The notes beneath the pieces are model-generated. The model did no database searches, was not told where the DNA came from, and saw nothing but the letters and a program-made list of their open reading frames with translations. Of a DNA stretch of 64,000 nt, positions 63,243 to 64,000 are shown piece after piece. A program made the position numbers and the translations under genes. Source of the stretch: Dehalococcoidia bacterium (GTDB taxonomy: Bacteria > Chloroflexota > Dehalococcoidia > Lucifugimonadales > UBA3495); NCBI GenBank assembly GCA_965220505.1, contig CBDCQE010000003.1, positions 890,106 to 954,105 of the forward strand. The letters are read 5' to 3'. How positions within the stretch are numbered: the stretch's first letter is position 1; each line of letters opens with the position of its first letter.

Positions 63243-63677
63243 ATGCCCGAATATATTCCGTCGACCAGGGATTGGGTGCGTGAGCAGGTCGATTTGTACG
63301 AAAGCAGCGGGGGCACCGAAGGGACCACGCTGCGAGACACCGGCCTGCCCGTAATCATAGTTACCAACCGCGGCAACAAGACCGGCGCCATTCGCAAAAC
63401 CCCGCTGATGCGCGTGAAGGTCGGCGACGCCTACGTGTTGGTGGGTTCGCAAGGAGGTGCGCCGCGCAATCCCGTTTGGGTGTACAACCTTCGCGCGGAT
63501 GCCAACGTGGAAGTCAGGGACGGGGTGGACGTGTACACCATGCGGGTCCGCGAGGTGTCCGACGCGGACGAACGCGCCCGGCTCTGGTCCGCATCCGTCG
63601 AGGCGTTTCCTCCCTACGAGGAATACCAGGGCCGCACTTCAAGAACGATACCGGTTTTCGTGGCGGAACCCGTCTGA
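63243..63677 (+). CDS. deazaflavin (F420)-dependent nitroreductase/quinone reductase family (DDN-like)
   Basis: Motifs GGAPRNPVWVYNLRA and RTIPVFV. 144 aa, AGGAGG RBS. Confidence 0.75.
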   Translation: MPEYIPSTRDWVREQVDLYESSGGTEGTTLRDTGLPVIIVTNRGNKTGAIRKTPLMRVKVGDAYVLVGSQGGAPRNPVWVYNLRADANVEVRDGVDVYTMRVREVSDADERARLWSASVEAFPPYEEYQGRTSRTIPVFVAEPV

Positions 63678-63905
63678 GCGCGTCGGGGTTCTTCGCCAGC
63701 GGAAGGGCGCGCAGCGCCGTCGACGGCGGCGAAACCCGTGATTTTCCGATTCAGGCGGTGAAAATCGTTGTTTGCCGCCGTTGATGCAAGTATAGTATTG
63801 GCAGCGAAATTGCGCCGGTCCTCCTTCCTTGGGTATTGTATTCGCCGTGCCCGACGAAACAGACCTAGCGTGTGCACTGCGATTACCAACCAAGGGGGAT
63901 TAACC

Positions 63906-64000
63906 GTGGCCCTTTCCGACATGACCCTTGAATGCAGCGACTGCGGAGCAGAGTTTCTCTTCACCGTAGGCGAGCAGGAATTTTATGCCTCGCGAGGCTT
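63906..64000 (+). CDS. zinc-ribbon domain protein, N-terminal fragment (runs off the window end)
   Basis: GTG 63906, 6 nt after AAGGGGGA: VALSDMTLECSDCGAEFLFTVGEQEFYASRG (CxxC ... GEQEFY motif). Not in the ORF track because it has no stop. Confidence 0.6.
   Translation, partial: MALSDMTLECSDCGAEFLFTVGEQEFYASRG

Noticed and set aside
63725-63782. Long imperfect hairpin (ggcggcgaaac...gattttc/gaaaatc...gtttgccgcc) after the DDN-like gene, as a terminator
   Set aside because: No U-tract follows and the stems are interrupted. It may be structural, but the evidence is too weak to annotate.
1-64000. Prophage, integrative element, IS or defence island (restriction-modification, CBASS, retron, Cas)
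   Set aside because: I recognised no integrase, transposase, recombinase, reverse transcriptase, phage structural, methyltransferase or nuclease-helicase genes in any frame. The only mobile-type signals are the short non-autonomous repeats, and the only toxin-antitoxin-type genes are VapBC and the HEPN-type genes listed above.

Overview
GC-rich (roughly 60-65% by eye), densely coding bacterial chromosomal window: about 62 protein genes and 1 tRNA. I found no rRNA, CRISPR array, transposase, integrase or phage genes. The gene content suggests an aerobic heterotroph of Chloroflexota/Actinomycetota type, but this is inference only: many SDRs, an amidohydrolase, a family III CoA-transferase, MFS transporters, a DDN-like F420-type reductase, a DinB/TIGR03086-like protein and AprA.

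Main blocks:
(i) 1-16 kb: housekeeping and oxidoreductase genes separated by unusually repeat-rich intergenic DNA.
(ii) 16.2-22.7 kb: an AprA homolog with no AprB, a 3-gene HEPN/PaREP1-like module, and a fused MNT-HEPN protein. This block also holds a thioredoxin-NHL gene with an in-frame TGA inside its CxxC motif (candidate selenoprotein).
(iii) 33.4-40.6 kb: a hotdog dehydratase pair, plsX and fabG. These are followed by a PEP-mutase-family enzyme fused to a small extra domain, a retropepsin-like protease, and a DUF2157-like/GDYXXLXY membrane pair.
(iv) 40.6-54.9 kb: one minus-strand 13-gene array with a complete hopanoid pathway (polyprenyl synthase, hpnH, hpnG, hpnA, shc, hpnC, hpnD, hpnE). 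It also carries yjbQ, a class II aldolase, a degenerate epimerase-like protein, a nucleoside hydrolase and an NPP-type phosphatase.
(v) 55.2-57.3 kb: tRNA-Thr, a thrC-like PLP enzyme, a NIL protein and a MoaD/ThiS-like carrier.
(vi) 57.6-64 kb: an HpcH aldolase, an orphan flavin-dependent halogenase, VapBC, a ThDP enzyme and a DDN-like reductase.

The findings I rate highest are the candidate selenoprotein and the extended hopanoid array. Coordinates come from codon arithmetic on the supplied ORF track plus hand translation. No database search was possible, so every family name is a motif or pattern-recognition call. The ORF track lists only ORFs with a stop inside the window, so the two edge genes were found by hand.
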